From Candidatus Limnocylindrales bacterium (GTDB lineage Bacteria > Chloroflexota > Limnocylindria > Limnocylindrales > CSP1-4): a DNA stretch of 59,696 bases. The notes under the pieces were generated by a model. That model ran no database searches. It saw only the letters and a program-made list of their open reading frames with translations, and was not told the origin of the DNA. How positions within the stretch are numbered: the first letter of the stretch is position 1; each line of letters begins with the position of its first letter. Position numbers and translations under genes: made by a program. The stretch lies in NCBI GenBank assembly GCA_035717785.1, contig DASTIG010000133.1, positions 1 to 59,696 on the forward strand. The letters are read 5' to 3'. Of the stretch, positions 49,818 through 59,696 are shown one piece after another.

Positions 49818-50339
49818 ATGTCCGCCGAGGCGCTTCGCGAACGGATCCGCGAGATCCCCGACTTCCCGAAGCCTGGGATCCTGTTCTACGACATCACGAC
49901 GCTGCTCAAGGAGCCGGTCTCCTACAAGGAGTCCATCGACCTGATGCTCGAGCCGTACAAGGACGAGCAGGTCGACATCGTCGTGGGGATGGAGTCGCGC
50001 GGGTTCATCTTCAGTGCCCCGATGGCCTACTTGCTCGACGCCGGGCTCGTCCCCGTCCGCAAGCTCGGCAAGCTGCCCGCCGAGACGATCACCGTCGAAT
50101 ATGCGCTCGAGTACGGCTCGAATACCCTCGAGATCCACCGCGACGCGGTCCAGCCCGGCCAGAAGGTGCTGATCGTCGACGACCTGCTCGCCACGGGCGG
50201 CACGGTGAAGGGCACGATCGAGCTCATCGAGCGGCTCAAGGGCGAGGTGATCGGCCTTGCCTTCCTCGTCGAGCTCGAATTCCTGAAGGGCCGTGAGCGC
50301 CTCGATGGACGCCGGGTCACCAGCGTCATCAAATACTGA
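49818..50339 (+). CDS. apt: Adenine phosphoribosyltransferase
   Basis: IPDFPKPGILFYDIT, VLIVDDLLATGGT (PRPP motif). GGGAGGA RBS. Confidence 0.92.
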   Translation: MSAEALRERIREIPDFPKPGILFYDITTLLKEPVSYKESIDLMLEPYKDEQVDIVVGMESRGFIFSAPMAYLLDAGLVPVRKLGKLPAETITVEYALEYGSNTLEIHRDAVQPGQKVLIVDDLLATGGTVKGTIELIERLKGEVIGLAFLVELEFLKGRERLDGRRVTSVIKY

Positions 50340-50366
50340 GCGGGCGTCCTCGACCCCGTCGCGCGA

Positions 50367-51761
50367 TTGACTGACACCCCCGGCACCTCGCCAGACACCC
50401 CCGACGCGCCGGCAACGGACGCCGTGCCGGCGACGGACGCCGCGCCGGAGACGGCGACCGAGGGTGCCGACCTCGCCCGCCGCCGGTTCTTCCGCCAGTT
50501 CGCGGGCGACATGTTCCAGGGAGCGGCAACGGTGGTCGGCGCCGCGCAGGCCCTGCAACGCGCCTCGGCCGAGGCGGCCAGCGCGATCCTGGACCCAGGC
50601 TCGTACACGGCCCTCGATGCGCCGGCGCCGCCCTCCCGGCCGACCGGTTTCCGCGCGGCCTTCCGTGAGAGCCCGGGCGTCCTGCACATCGTCGACCAGC
50701 GCAAGTTGCCCGACGCGCTCGAGGAGTTCGACGCGAAGAACGCCGCCCAGGTCGGCTACGCCATCCGCGAGATGATCATCCGCGGTGCCCCCGCCATCGG
50801 ACAGGCTGCGGCGATCGGCCTCGCCCTGTCAGCACAGGCCAACCGGTCGACACGTCCGTACGCGCGCCGCGCGACGTTGCGTGCCGCAGCCAACGTCCTG
50901 CGCAACTCCCGACCGACCGCGGTCAACCTGGCCTGGGCCATCGATCGTGTGATGGCCACCTACGACGCGCTCGGCGACCTGTCCGAGGACGGCGACGCGA
51001 TCGCGACGGCCATGCGTGCCGAGGCCGATGCCATCGTGTTCGAGGCGACCGAGGATCATGGCCGGCTCGCCCGCTATGGGATCGAGGAGCTCGTCTTCCC
51101 CGACGAGCGCCCGCTGCGCATCCTCACCCATTGCAACACGGGACCGCTCGCGTGCGGCCAGTTCGGGACGGCGCTGGGTGTGGTGCAGGTCGCCCACCAC
51201 GACGGCCGGGCGATCCATGTCTGGGTCGACGAGACGCGGCCGTATCTTCAGGGGGCCCGGCTGACGACATGGGAGCTCGCGCAGGCCGGCGTCCCGCACA
51301 GTCTCATCCCCGACGTCGCCGCCGGGCACCTCATGGCACAGGGCGAGGTCGATACGGTCATCGTCGGGGCCGACCGCATCGCGGCGAACGGCGACGTGGC
51401 CAACAAGGTCGGAACGTACCCGCTGGCCGTGCTCGCGGCGCGCCATGGCATCCCGTTCTATGTCGCCGCCCCGATCAGCTCCGTCGACCTCCAGACTGCG
51501 ACCGGCGCGGACATCGCGATCGAGGAACGGGCGCCGAACGAGGTCCTCTCGTTCCGGGGCGTGCGTGTAGCGCCGCCCGACACGGACGTCCGCAACCCGT
51601 CGTTCGATGTGACACCGGCCGAGCTGGTCACTGGCATCATCACCGACGAGGGCGTCCTGCGCGCCCCGTACGAGCAGTCGCTCCCCGAGGCGGGCGCACG
51701 TCGAGAGCAGAGGCGGGCCGAAACGCCCGGCTTCGCGGCGCTGGCCGCGCCGGCCAGCTGA
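50367..51761 (+). CDS. mtnA: S-methyl-5-thioribose-1-phosphate isomerase (eIF-2B family) with a ~100-aa N-terminal extension
   Basis: IRGAPAIG, HCNTG, GADRIAANGDVANKVGTY, IPFYVAAP. The extension contains ARRRFFRQF followed by a hydrophobic stretch. TTG start. Confidence 0.85.
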   Translation: MTDTPGTSPDTPDAPATDAVPATDAAPETATEGADLARRRFFRQFAGDMFQGAATVVGAAQALQRASAEAASAILDPGSYTALDAPAPPSRPTGFRAAFRESPGVLHIVDQRKLPDALEEFDAKNAAQVGYAIREMIIRGAPAIGQAAAIGLALSAQANRSTRPYARRATLRAAANVLRNSRPTAVNLAWAIDRVMATYDALGDLSEDGDAIATAMRAEADAIVFEATEDHGRLARYGIEELVFPDERPLRILTHCNTGPLACGQFGTALGVVQVAHHDGRAIHVWVDETRPYLQGARLTTWELAQAGVPHSLIPDVAAGHLMAQGEVDTVIVGADRIAANGDVANKVGTYPLAVLAARHGIPFYVAAPISSVDLQTATGADIAIEERAPNEVLSFRGVRVAPPDTDVRNPSFDVTPAELVTGIITDEGVLRAPYEQSLPEAGARREQRRAETPGFAALAAPAS

Positions 51762-52627
51762 TGGCGACCGTCGTCGTCGGCAGGCGATCCGCGACCATCG
51801 CCCGCCAGACCACCGACCGCGATGCGCTGCGGGCGTTCCTGCGCCAGGACCGGCTGTACGCGGCGTACGCGCTCTGCGACCTCGAGGAACAGGAGTTCGC
51901 GCGGACCCGCTGGGGCGCGGCATACGACGGGAACGACATCGTGGCGGTCGGGCTCGAGTACACCGGCCCGACACCGCAGCCGCTGTTCGTCATGGGCTCT
52001 ACTGACGGCATCGGGGCCGTCTTGCGCGACGTCATCAAGCCACGGGCGGCGTACATCGCGGCGCGAGTCGACATGCTGCCGGCCATCGAGACGCAGTACA
52101 GGATCGATCCGGGTCCGGAGATGGTGCGGATGTGGGTCGATCGCACACATTTCCGGCCGTATCCCGCCACCGTCCAGCGTCTTCTCCCGGTGGACATCGG
52201 CGAACTGAACCGGCTGTACCAGCTCGGGTTCGCCTCGTGGCTCCCCTCGACGGCCATCGCCGATGGCGTCTACTACGGGATGCGGGTCAACGGTCGGCTC
52301 ATCGCCGCCGCCGGGACCCACGTAGTCAGTCCGACCTCCAGGCTCGCCGTCGTCGGGAACGTGCTGACCCACACGGATTACCGTGGACGCGGGTTCGCGA
52401 CGGCCGTCACAGGGGCGGTCACCGCCGATCTTCTGCGCTTCTGCGACCAAGTGGTGCTCAACGTCCGCGCCGACAACCCGCCGGCCATCAACGCCTATCG
52501 CCACCTTGGCTACAGCGAGCATGCACGTTTCGAGGAGCGACTGATCCACCGCCTCAGCCCGCCCTGGGCAGATATCACGGCGCCGTTGCGCCGTCTCTTC
52601 GTCCGCAAGGAGACCCACCGCCGATGA
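51761..52627 (+). CDS. GNAT-family acetyltransferase (two-domain, FR47/DUF4081-like)
   Basis: NVLTHTDYRGRGFATAV, NPPAINAYRHLGY. TGATG overlap with mtnA and ATGA overlap with ahcY. Confidence 0.7.
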   Translation: MATVVVGRRSATIARQTTDRDALRAFLRQDRLYAAYALCDLEEQEFARTRWGAAYDGNDIVAVGLEYTGPTPQPLFVMGSTDGIGAVLRDVIKPRAAYIAARVDMLPAIETQYRIDPGPEMVRMWVDRTHFRPYPATVQRLLPVDIGELNRLYQLGFASWLPSTAIADGVYYGMRVNGRLIAAAGTHVVSPTSRLAVVGNVLTHTDYRGRGFATAVTGAVTADLLRFCDQVVLNVRADNPPAINAYRHLGYSEHARFEERLIHRLSPPWADITAPLRRLFVRKETHRR

Positions 52628-53901
52628 CCGCCCCGACCATCCTGCCGGCCCACGACGTGACCGACCTCGGCCTGGGGGCCGAGGGTGTCCGCCGCATCGA
52701 ATGGGCCGAGCGCGAGATGCCCGTGCTGCGCCTGATCCGCGAACGGTTCGAGCGCGACCGGCCGCTCGAGGGCATCCGAATCGGGGCGTGTCTGCACGTC
52801 ACGACCGAGACGGCAAACCTCATGCGCACGCTTAAGGCCGGCGGCGCCGAGGTGGTGCTCGCGGCCTCGAACCCGCTGTCCACGAAGGACGACGTCGCGG
52901 CCGCTCTGGTTGGCGAATACGGCATCGCCACCTTCGCCCGGCGCGGCGAGGACCGCGACACGTATTACGCGCATCTCGAGTCGGTCGCCGACACGCATCC
53001 CCAGATCACCATGGACGACGGCTGCGACCTCGTCTCATTGCTCCACAGCACTCGCCCGGAACAGGTGAAGGAGGTCCTTGCCGGCACGGAGGAGACCACG
53101 ACCGGCGTCATCCGCCTCAAGGCGATGGCCGCCGATGGCGCCCTCCGTTTCCCGGTCGTGGCGGTCAACGAGGCCCAGACCAAGCACCTGTTCGACAACC
53201 GCTATGGGACCGGGCAGTCCACCGTCGACGGCATCATCCGGGCGACCAACATGCTCATCGCCGGTCGCCGGGTCGTGATCGCGGGCTACGGCTGGGTCGG
53301 CAAGGGGATCGCAGCGCGCATGGCCGGGCACGGCGCGCACGTCGCGATCGTCGAGGTCGACCCGGTCCGCGCACTCGAGGCACTGATGGACGGGTTCGCG
53401 GTGATGACCCACAGCGACGCGGCCCGCTGGGGCGACCTGTTCGTGACCGCGACCGGCAACCTCAACGTGTTCCGCCGCGAGCACTTCGAGGCGATGCGGG
53501 ACGGGGCGGTCATGGCGAACTCGGGCCACTTCGATGCCGAGCTGGATCTCGCGGCGTTGCGGGCGCTGGCCGAGGGTCATGTGCGGGAGGTGCGCGACAA
53601 CGTCCAGGAGTTCGACCTCGGTGGCAAGAAGCTGCACCTGATCGCTGAGGGCCGCCTCGTGAACCTCGGCGCCGCCGAGGGCCACCCGGCGGCCGTGATG
53701 GACATGAGCTTCGCGAACCAGGCGCTGTGCGCGGAGTACGTCGTCAAGCACCACGCCGAGCTCGAGCCGATGGTCTACGTCGTGCCCGAGGCGATCGACG
53801 CTGAGGTCGCGCGGCTCAAGCTTGCGGCGCTCGGGATCGAGCTCGAGCCGATGACGCCCGAGCAGGCCGACTACGTCTCGTCCTGGCAGCACGGCACCTG
53901 A
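52624..53901 (+). CDS. ahcY: Adenosylhomocysteinase (short archaeal-type)
   Basis: EMPVL, HVTTETANL, DDGCDL, GYGWVGKG (NAD site), NLGAAEGHP. Confidence 0.93.
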   Translation: MTAPTILPAHDVTDLGLGAEGVRRIEWAEREMPVLRLIRERFERDRPLEGIRIGACLHVTTETANLMRTLKAGGAEVVLAASNPLSTKDDVAAALVGEYGIATFARRGEDRDTYYAHLESVADTHPQITMDDGCDLVSLLHSTRPEQVKEVLAGTEETTTGVIRLKAMAADGALRFPVVAVNEAQTKHLFDNRYGTGQSTVDGIIRATNMLIAGRRVVIAGYGWVGKGIAARMAGHGAHVAIVEVDPVRALEALMDGFAVMTHSDAARWGDLFVTATGNLNVFRREHFEAMRDGAVMANSGHFDAELDLAALRALAEGHVREVRDNVQEFDLGGKKLHLIAEGRLVNLGAAEGHPAAVMDMSFANQALCAEYVVKHHAELEPMVYVVPEAIDAEVARLKLAALGIELEPMTPEQADYVSSWQHGT

Positions 53902-53943
53902 GCAACATCTCGCCTGGCGCCCGGACGCGGTAGGGTTCGAGCC

Positions 53944-55944
53944 ATGGACGCCGAGCCCGCGGTCGAACCGGTCGAGGCTGGCCCGATCACCCTGCCTTAC
54001 GGCGGCTGGCCATCGCCGATCCAGCTCGCCGATCTCGTCGGCGGCGTCGTCCGCCTGAGCGATCCGTGGGTCGACGGCGACGATGTCTACTGGATCGAGG
54101 GCCGTCCCGCAGAGGCGGGCCGCAGCGTCCTCGTCCACCGAGCGTCCGATGGCACGACCGTCGACATCACCCCGCCGCCGTTCGACGTGCGCTCGCGCGT
54201 CCACGAATACGGTGGCGGCGCATACGTCGTCGCAGGCGGGACCGTCCTGTTCTCGCACGTCAAAGACGGCCGCCTCTACCGGCTCGACCCGGTTGGCGAC
54301 GCGCCCCAGCCCATCACGCCCGATGGCCCGTTCCGCTACGCAGACCTTCGCTTCGACGCTGGCCGGCGGCGCTTCATCGCGATCCGAGAGGACCACTCAG
54401 GCGAGGGTGAGCCACAGGCCGCGATCGTCGACGTGCCACTCGACGGGGAGCGTCCGCCGCGGGTCCTCTACGACGGCCCCGATTTCCTGGCGGCACCGCG
54501 TATGTCGCCGGACGGGACCCGCCTGGCCTGGCTGGAATGGGACCATCCGGACATGCCCTGGGACGCCTCACGGCTCCGTGTCGCGCCGATCGGGGACGAT
54601 GGATCGCTCGGGCCGAGCGACCTCGCCGCCGGCGGCATCGACGAGTCGATCGCGCAACCCGAATGGTCGCCCGACGGCGTCCTCCATTTCGTCAGCGATC
54701 GTACGGGCTGGTGGAACCTGTACCGGCTGTCCGACGGTCCGCGGCTCGAGGCACTCGCCCCGCTCGAAGCGGAGTTCGCCGACCCGGCCTGGATCTTCGA
54801 CCGTTCGTCATACGGGTTCCTGCCCGACGGGTCGATCGCCGCTGCCGGTCGGGCCCGGGGGCGCGACCGGCTTTTCCATATCTCGCCGGACGACCTCATC
54901 GGCGAAGTCGACTCGCCGTACACCGATATCGGGACGATCCGCGTCGGGGCCGCCGGGGTGATCGCCAACGTGGGCACGCCCACCGAGCCGCCGACGATCG
55001 TGGCGCTCGACCCGTCGACGCTCGCGACCGCAGGGGTCCTGCGCCACTCCACGTCGATCGCGATCGACTCGGCCTACATCTCCGTCCCGGAGCAGATCAC
55101 GTTCCCGACCGCCGGAGGTCGTGTGGCACACGCCCTGTTCTACCGGCCGGTCAACCCCGATGCCGTGCCACCCGACGGGGAGCTGCCGCCGCTGGTCGTC
55201 CGCGCGCACGGCGGCCCGACGTCGAATGCCGCCAACGCACTCGAGCTGACCTACCAGTACCTCACCTCGCGCGGCATCGCCGTGGTCGACGTCGATTACG
55301 GCGGGAGCACCGGGTACGGCCGCGAATACCGGCAGGCCCTCGAGGATGGCTGGGGCATCGTCGACGTCGATGACTGCATCGGCGCGGCTCAGTACCTGGT
55401 CGACCGTGGCGACGTCGACGGCGATCGGCTGGCCATCGAAGGTGGCAGCGCCGGCGGCTTCACGACGCTTGCTGCGCTGGCGTTCCGCGACGTGTTCGCG
55501 GCAGGCATCAGCCTGTTCGGCATCGCTGACCTCGAGATGCTCGCGCGCCACACCCACAAGTTCGAGTCGCGCTACCTGGAGCGGCTTGTAGGCCCGTACC
55601 CGGCGATGGCAGATCGATACCGCGAGCGCTCGCCGATCCATCACCTCGACGCGATCTCATGCCCGGTGCTGATCCTGCAGGGCCTCGACGACAAGGTCGT
55701 CCTGCCCGCACAGGCAGAGGCACTCGCCGCGGTCCTGGCCGCACGGAGCATCCCGCACGCGTACCTGGCGTTCGAAGGGGAGGGGCACGGCTTCCGCGGC
55801 GAGGTCGCTCAGCGGCGAACCCTGGAGGCGCGCTTGGCGTTCCTCGGCGCCGTGTTCGGGTTCACACCGGCCGACCGGCTCGCGCCGCTCGAACTCCCCG
55901 GCGTGGAGACCTGGCGGGAGCGCCGCAGAGTCGCCGTCGGCTGA
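53944..55944 (+). CDS. S9 family serine peptidase (prolyl oligopeptidase / acylaminoacyl-peptidase type)
   Basis: N-terminal beta-propeller region. C-terminal hydrolase with GGSAGGF (nucleophile elbow), GLDDKVV and EGHGF (Asp/His). Confidence 0.85.
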   Translation: MDAEPAVEPVEAGPITLPYGGWPSPIQLADLVGGVVRLSDPWVDGDDVYWIEGRPAEAGRSVLVHRASDGTTVDITPPPFDVRSRVHEYGGGAYVVAGGTVLFSHVKDGRLYRLDPVGDAPQPITPDGPFRYADLRFDAGRRRFIAIREDHSGEGEPQAAIVDVPLDGERPPRVLYDGPDFLAAPRMSPDGTRLAWLEWDHPDMPWDASRLRVAPIGDDGSLGPSDLAAGGIDESIAQPEWSPDGVLHFVSDRTGWWNLYRLSDGPRLEALAPLEAEFADPAWIFDRSSYGFLPDGSIAAAGRARGRDRLFHISPDDLIGEVDSPYTDIGTIRVGAAGVIANVGTPTEPPTIVALDPSTLATAGVLRHSTSIAIDSAYISVPEQITFPTAGGRVAHALFYRPVNPDAVPPDGELPPLVVRAHGGPTSNAANALELTYQYLTSRGIAVVDVDYGGSTGYGREYRQALEDGWGIVDVDDCIGAAQYLVDRGDVDGDRLAIEGGSAGGFTTLAALAFRDVFAAGISLFGIADLEMLARHTHKFESRYLERLVGPYPAMADRYRERSPIHHLDAISCPVLILQGLDDKVVLPAQAEALAAVLAARSIPHAYLAFEGEGHGFRGEVAQRRTLEARLAFLGAVFGFTPADRLAPLELPGVETWRERRRVAVG

Positions 55945-55983
55945 ACCCCGTCCGCCTCGGGCGAGGTGCTACCCTTCGCCGCG

Positions 55984-57210
55984 ATGAGCATCGTCGACGC
56001 CGCACAGTACCTGTTCACCTCCGAGTCCGTCACGGAGGGCCACCCCGACAAGATGTGCGACCAGGTCTCCGACGCGATCCTGGACGCGATCATCCGCGAC
56101 GACCCCGACGCCCGCGTCGCGTGCGAAACGGCCACGACGACGGGCCTCGTGCTGGTCCTGGGCGAGATCACCACCCACACCTACATCGACTTCCAGGCCA
56201 TCGTGCGCGATACGGTCCGCGAGATCGGGTACACGCGCGCCGACTACGGCTTCGACTACCAGACGTGCGGCACGCTCGTGTCGGTCAAGGGCCAGTCGCC
56301 GGACATCGCCCAGGGTGTCGATGCCGCGCTCGAGGTTCGCGACGACGCGGCCTCGGCCTTCGAGCTTGGCGCCGGCGACCAGGGGATGATGTTCGGCTTC
56401 GCCTGCCGCGAGACGCCCGAGCTCATGCCGCTGCCCATCGCGCTGGCGCACCGCATGGCACGCCGGCTGTCCGAGGTCAGGCGATCCGGCCAGCTGCCGT
56501 ACCTGCGACCGGATGGCAAGACCCAGGTAACGGTCGAATACGAGCGTGGCATCCCGGTCCGCGTCAAGACCGTTGTGGTGTCGGCGCAGCACGACCCGGA
56601 CGCCCGACCCGAGCGGCTCCGCTCCGACATCGTCGAGTCCGTCATCCTCCCGTCGATCCCGCGCGAGCTGCGCGACACGGATCCGGTGATGCACGTGAAC
56701 CCGACCGGCCGATTCGTGACCGGTGGCCCGATGGGCGACGCGGGGCTGACGGGGCGCAAGATCATCGTCGACACGTATGGCGGCATGGCCCGCCACGGTG
56801 GCGGCGCGTTCTCCGGCAAGGACCCGACGAAGGTCGACCGGTCCGCCGCGTACGCCGCCCGGTGGGTGGCCAAGAACGTGGTCGCGGCGGGCATCGCCGA
56901 CCGCTTCGAGGTCGAGGTCGCCTACGGGATCGGCATCGCCCGGCCGATCAGCTTCTCCGTCGACTCGTTCGGGACCGGCCAGATCGACGACGCCGCGATC
57001 CAGACGCTCATCGAGCGCCATTTCGACCTTCGCCCGGCCTCGATCATCGCCGCGCTGGACCTTCGCCGCCCGATCTACCGCCAGACGGCCGCGTACGGCC
57101 ACTTCGGCCGGCCGGACCTGGACCTGCCTTGGGAACGCACCGACAAGGCCGCGCTGCTGGCGTCCGAAGCGGGGCTGCCGGAGCCGCAGCCGATCTCCGT
57201 CACGGCCTAG
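55984..57210 (+). CDS. metK: S-adenosylmethionine synthetase
   Basis: [38 protein letters not shown]. Confidence 0.96.
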   Translation: MSIVDAAQYLFTSESVTEGHPDKMCDQVSDAILDAIIRDDPDARVACETATTTGLVLVLGEITTHTYIDFQAIVRDTVREIGYTRADYGFDYQTCGTLVSVKGQSPDIAQGVDAALEVRDDAASAFELGAGDQGMMFGFACRETPELMPLPIALAHRMARRLSEVRRSGQLPYLRPDGKTQVTVEYERGIPVRVKTVVVSAQHDPDARPERLRSDIVESVILPSIPRELRDTDPVMHVNPTGRFVTGGPMGDAGLTGRKIIVDTYGGMARHGGGAFSGKDPTKVDRSAAYAARWVAKNVVAAGIADRFEVEVAYGIGIARPISFSVDSFGTGQIDDAAIQTLIERHFDLRPASIIAALDLRRPIYRQTAAYGHFGRPDLDLPWERTDKAALLASEAGLPEPQPISVTA

Positions 57211-58166
57211 GCGCCGCCGGCGTTCTCCGCGACGATGCCCGCGACGCCGCCGACCTGACCGCGACCGCCCGAGCGACGGGCGCTGCGCGACAGCAGGAGC
57301 TGACCGACGAGCAGGATCGACAGCGTGATGAGCAACATCACGGCCGCGATCGCGTTGGTCGAGGGCGTGACGCCGACCCGGATCTGGCCGAACACATACA
57401 AGGGCAGAGTCGATGTGCCTTGGCCGTTCACGAACGTGGAGATCAGGTAGTCGTCGAAGGCGAACGTGAATGCCAGCAGGAAGCCGGCGACGATAGCCGG
57501 GAGCAGCTGCGGGAAGGTGATCTGCCAGAACGTGCGCCAGGGGGTCCCGTACAGGTCGTAGCTCGCTTCGACCAGGGTTCGGTCCATCCCGGACAGACGA
57601 GCGCGCACAAGCAGCAGGACCAGGCTGATGTTGAACAGCGACAACGCGCCGACCATCGTGTGGAACCCGAAGCCCAGCTCGACACCCGTGGCGTTAGTAA
57701 GGATCCCGTCCCGACCGATGGTGCTCGCGAAGAACACGAGCGTCGCGAGCGCGATAACGAGCTCGGGGACGATGACGCTGATGTAGGTCAGCCCGTCGAA
57801 CGGCAGCCGGAACCACTTCGGCGCGCGTTGGAGGCCGAGCGCCGCCATCGTCCCGACGATCGTCGCCAGCACGGCGGTGGAAAAGCCCACGATCAGGCTG
57901 TTCCCGAGGTAGCGTTGTACCGCGCGGTCCTTGAGCACGTACTCGTACCAGCGGAGGCTGAAGCCGTCCCAGTCGGTGACGCGTCGCTCCGTGGCGTTGA
58001 AGCTGAACACGACCACGATGACGATCGGCACGTAGAGGAAGAAGTAGACGAGGGCCGTGTGGCCACGCAGCCACGCCTCGACGAGACCGCCGAAGCGGTC
58101 GGTCCCCGCCTTGGCCCGGCCCCCGAGCGTGCGGGCGGCGGGGATCGGGACGGACGGCGCTGTCAC
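57207..58166 (-). CDS. potC: Polyamine-type ABC transporter permease (PotC-like)
   Basis: BPD-transport permease motif ([20 protein letters not shown]). GTG at 58166 in a GTGA overlap with potB. The stop codon overlaps the metK stop (CTAG). Confidence 0.8.
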   Translation of the reverse strand: MTAPSVPIPAARTLGGRAKAGTDRFGGLVEAWLRGHTALVYFFLYVPIVIVVVFSFNATERRVTDWDGFSLRWYEYVLKDRAVQRYLGNSLIVGFSTAVLATIVGTMAALGLQRAPKWFRLPFDGLTYISVIVPELVIALATLVFFASTIGRDGILTNATGVELGFGFHTMVGALSLFNISLVLLLVRARLSGMDRTLVEASYDLYGTPWRTFWQITFPQLLPAIVAGFLLAFTFAFDDYLISTFVNGQGTSTLPLYVFGQIRVGVTPSTNAIAAVMLLITLSILLVGQLLLSRSARRSGGRGQVGGVAGIVAENAGGA

Positions 58167-59059
58167 AGGACGCTCACGTCGCGCACCTGGCGGCCGCGGT
58201 TCGTGAACCACAGGTAGAACGTGACGCTGATCAGCATCACGAGGATCAGCCCGACGGCCTGAGCCGCGCCGGCCGGCCAGTTCCGCGCGTCGAAGAAGCG
58301 GAGCACGAGCGAATTCCCGACCGTGAACACCCGGCCGTATCCGAGGATCTCAGGGATGACGTACTCGCCCATCATCGGGATGAACACGAGGATGCTGCCA
58401 GTTATCAGGCCGGGTAGGGCGATCGGCAGCGTGATCTGCCGGAACGTCGCCAAGCGCCCCGCTCCGAGGTCCTTGGACGCCTCGACCAGTGTCCGGTCGA
58501 TCCGCTCGAGCGTCACGTACAGCGGGAACACCATGAGGGGCAGGTAGCCGTACACGAGCCCGATGAGGACGGCAGCCTCCGTGCCGAGGATCCGGAATCG
58601 GGCGTTGCCGGTGGTGTCGGCCACGAAACCGGCGATACCGTCCGGCCCGAGGATCAGGATCCAGGCGTACGTCCGGATCAGGAAGCTCGTCCAGAACGGG
58701 ATCACGAGCAGGATGATGAACAGTGCCTTGCGGGTGCCGCCCCGAGTCGCGATGTAATAGGCGAGCGGCAGGCCGACCAACAGGCACAGGAGCGTGCCCA
58801 GGACTGCCAGCATCAGGCTGGTGATGAAGGGATCCGGGCTCCTGACGATGCCGGCGTAGTTCTGCAGGGTGAACCCGCCGGCATAGCCACCGGTCGGGCT
58901 GCGCTCCCCGAAGCTGAACAGCACGACGATGGCGATCGGGAGGACGAGCAGGATCAGGTACCAGGCCGATGCCGGCAGCAGCAGGATGGCCGTCAGCAGG
59001 CGGCCGCGCCCGGCCTCACGCGCCGGCCGCGCTGGGACGGCCGGCGCTGCGCTCGTCAT
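58163..59059 (-). CDS. potB: Polyamine-type ABC transporter permease (PotB-like)
   Basis: EASKDLGAGRLATFRQITLP permease signature, 6 TM. Confidence 0.82.
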   Translation of the reverse strand: MTSAAPAVPARPAREAGRGRLLTAILLLPASAWYLILLVLPIAIVVLFSFGERSPTGGYAGGFTLQNYAGIVRSPDPFITSLMLAVLGTLLCLLVGLPLAYYIATRGGTRKALFIILLVIPFWTSFLIRTYAWILILGPDGIAGFVADTTGNARFRILGTEAAVLIGLVYGYLPLMVFPLYVTLERIDRTLVEASKDLGAGRLATFRQITLPIALPGLITGSILVFIPMMGEYVIPEILGYGRVFTVGNSLVLRFFDARNWPAGAAQAVGLILVMLISVTFYLWFTNRGRQVRDVSVL

Positions 59060-59079
59060 GACGTCGCGACCCCTTGGGC

Positions 59080-59696
59080 TCAGCCGCCGACGCTCGAGCT
59101 GAATTCCTCCCAGATCTCGACGCGGAGCGGGTCCGTCGACACGTCGCGGGCGCCCTCGAGGCGGCCGAATGCCTCATCCGGGACGAACACGGTCGGATCG
59201 TTGAGGATCTCCGCCGAGACGAGCTTCTTGGCTTCGTCGTTGGGCGTGGCGTAGCGGTTGGTCTCGGTCTCCTTGGCCTGGATGGCCGGCTCCTGGATGA
59301 AGTTGAGCCACGCGTACGCGGCCTCCGGGTGGGGTGCATCTGCGAGCATCGTCCACGTGTCCAGCCAGTACAGCGTGCCGTCCTCGGGAACGATGTATTC
59401 GGTGTCGGCCGTCTCGGGCTCGTCGCGAAGATCGACGACGCCGCCCGTCCACACGAGGCCCATGACGGCCTCCTCGGTGGCCAGCTTGTCGGCATAGTCA
59501 TTCGAATCCAGCGCCAGGACGTGCGGCGCGATGCCTTGCAGCAGCGTGCGTGCCTCGCCGAGCTCAGTCGGGTCAGTGGAGTTGAGCGAGTAACCGAGGG
59601 CCTTGAGAGGCGCCGTCATGACGTCGCCGGCCGACTCCACCATCACGATCCGGCCCGAGTACTTCGGTGCGACCTCGAATAACTGCTTCCAGGTCT
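59080..59696 (-). CDS. potD: Polyamine-type ABC substrate-binding protein (PotD-like), 5' end beyond the window
   Basis: The frame is open to the window edge. Family-1 SBP C-terminal half (YIVPEDGTLYWLDTW, AYAWLNF). Confidence 0.75.
   Translation of the reverse strand, partial: TWKQLFEVAPKYSGRIVMVESAGDVMTAPLKALGYSLNSTDPTELGEARTLLQGIAPHVLALDSNDYADKLATEEAVMGLVWTGGVVDLRDEPETADTEYIVPEDGTLYWLDTWTMLADAPHPEAAYAWLNFIQEPAIQAKETETNRYATPNDEAKKLVSAEILNDPTVFVPDEAFGRLEGARDVSTDPLRVEIWEEFSSSVGG

Overview
Very GC-rich bacterial chromosome segment; nearly every codon third position is G or C (judged by eye, not computed). It looks like a monoderm high-GC lineage (Actinomycetota- or Chloroflexota-like), but I cannot place it further from sequence alone. 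Coding density is high, and many neighbouring genes are coupled through 1-4 nt stop/start overlaps (GTGA, ATGA, TGATG).

Gene content, in order:
- 3' part of dnaE2, a membrane protein, and a 1150-aa secreted protein with a lamin-tail domain and OB-fold-like repeats
- udp, and a 46-aa DUF5679-like ORF that is too short for the supplied ORF track
- gap-pgk-eno, with no tpiA
- rpsT on the minus strand
- DUF1905-lepA-CPBP-hemW-hrcA-grpE-dnaK, with a perfect CIRCE operator upstream of hrcA
- a roughly 6.2 kb block separating dnaK from dnaJ-prmA: an XRE-HTH/PD-(D/E)xK fusion, a PPOX-UbiA(MenA-like) fusion, a PPOX paralogue, a DrrABC-like ABC-2 exporter and a family-5 uracil-DNA glycosylase
- DUF2269, HIT, a lipoprotein and an acyl-CoA ligase
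- an Lgt-like / membrane / radical-SAM / membrane operon
- a divergent MarR and FAD-monooxygenase pair
- rpsU-yqeY-pgpH-ybeY, a second MarR, pth-mfd-GNAT and an MFS transporter
- a methionine-salvage/SAM-cycle cluster (apt-mtnA-GNAT-ahcY-S9 peptidase-metK)
- a convergent potD-potB-potC operon running off the right edge

No rRNA, tRNA, CRISPR array, transposase or integrase was seen.

Best candidates for undescribed biology:
1. The Lgt-like plus MJ0619/Tes-like radical-SAM membrane operon (33.5-36.7 kb).
2. The accessory block splitting the dnaK operon, with its two unusual fusion proteins.
3. A pair of paralogous non-coding elements sharing a 26/28-nt core, one upstream of DUF1905-lepA and one downstream of dnaK.
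4. Lys/Ala/Pro-rich histone-H1-like tails fused to both Pgk and ribosomal protein S20.

All family assignments come from reading motifs in the translations. No database search was run.
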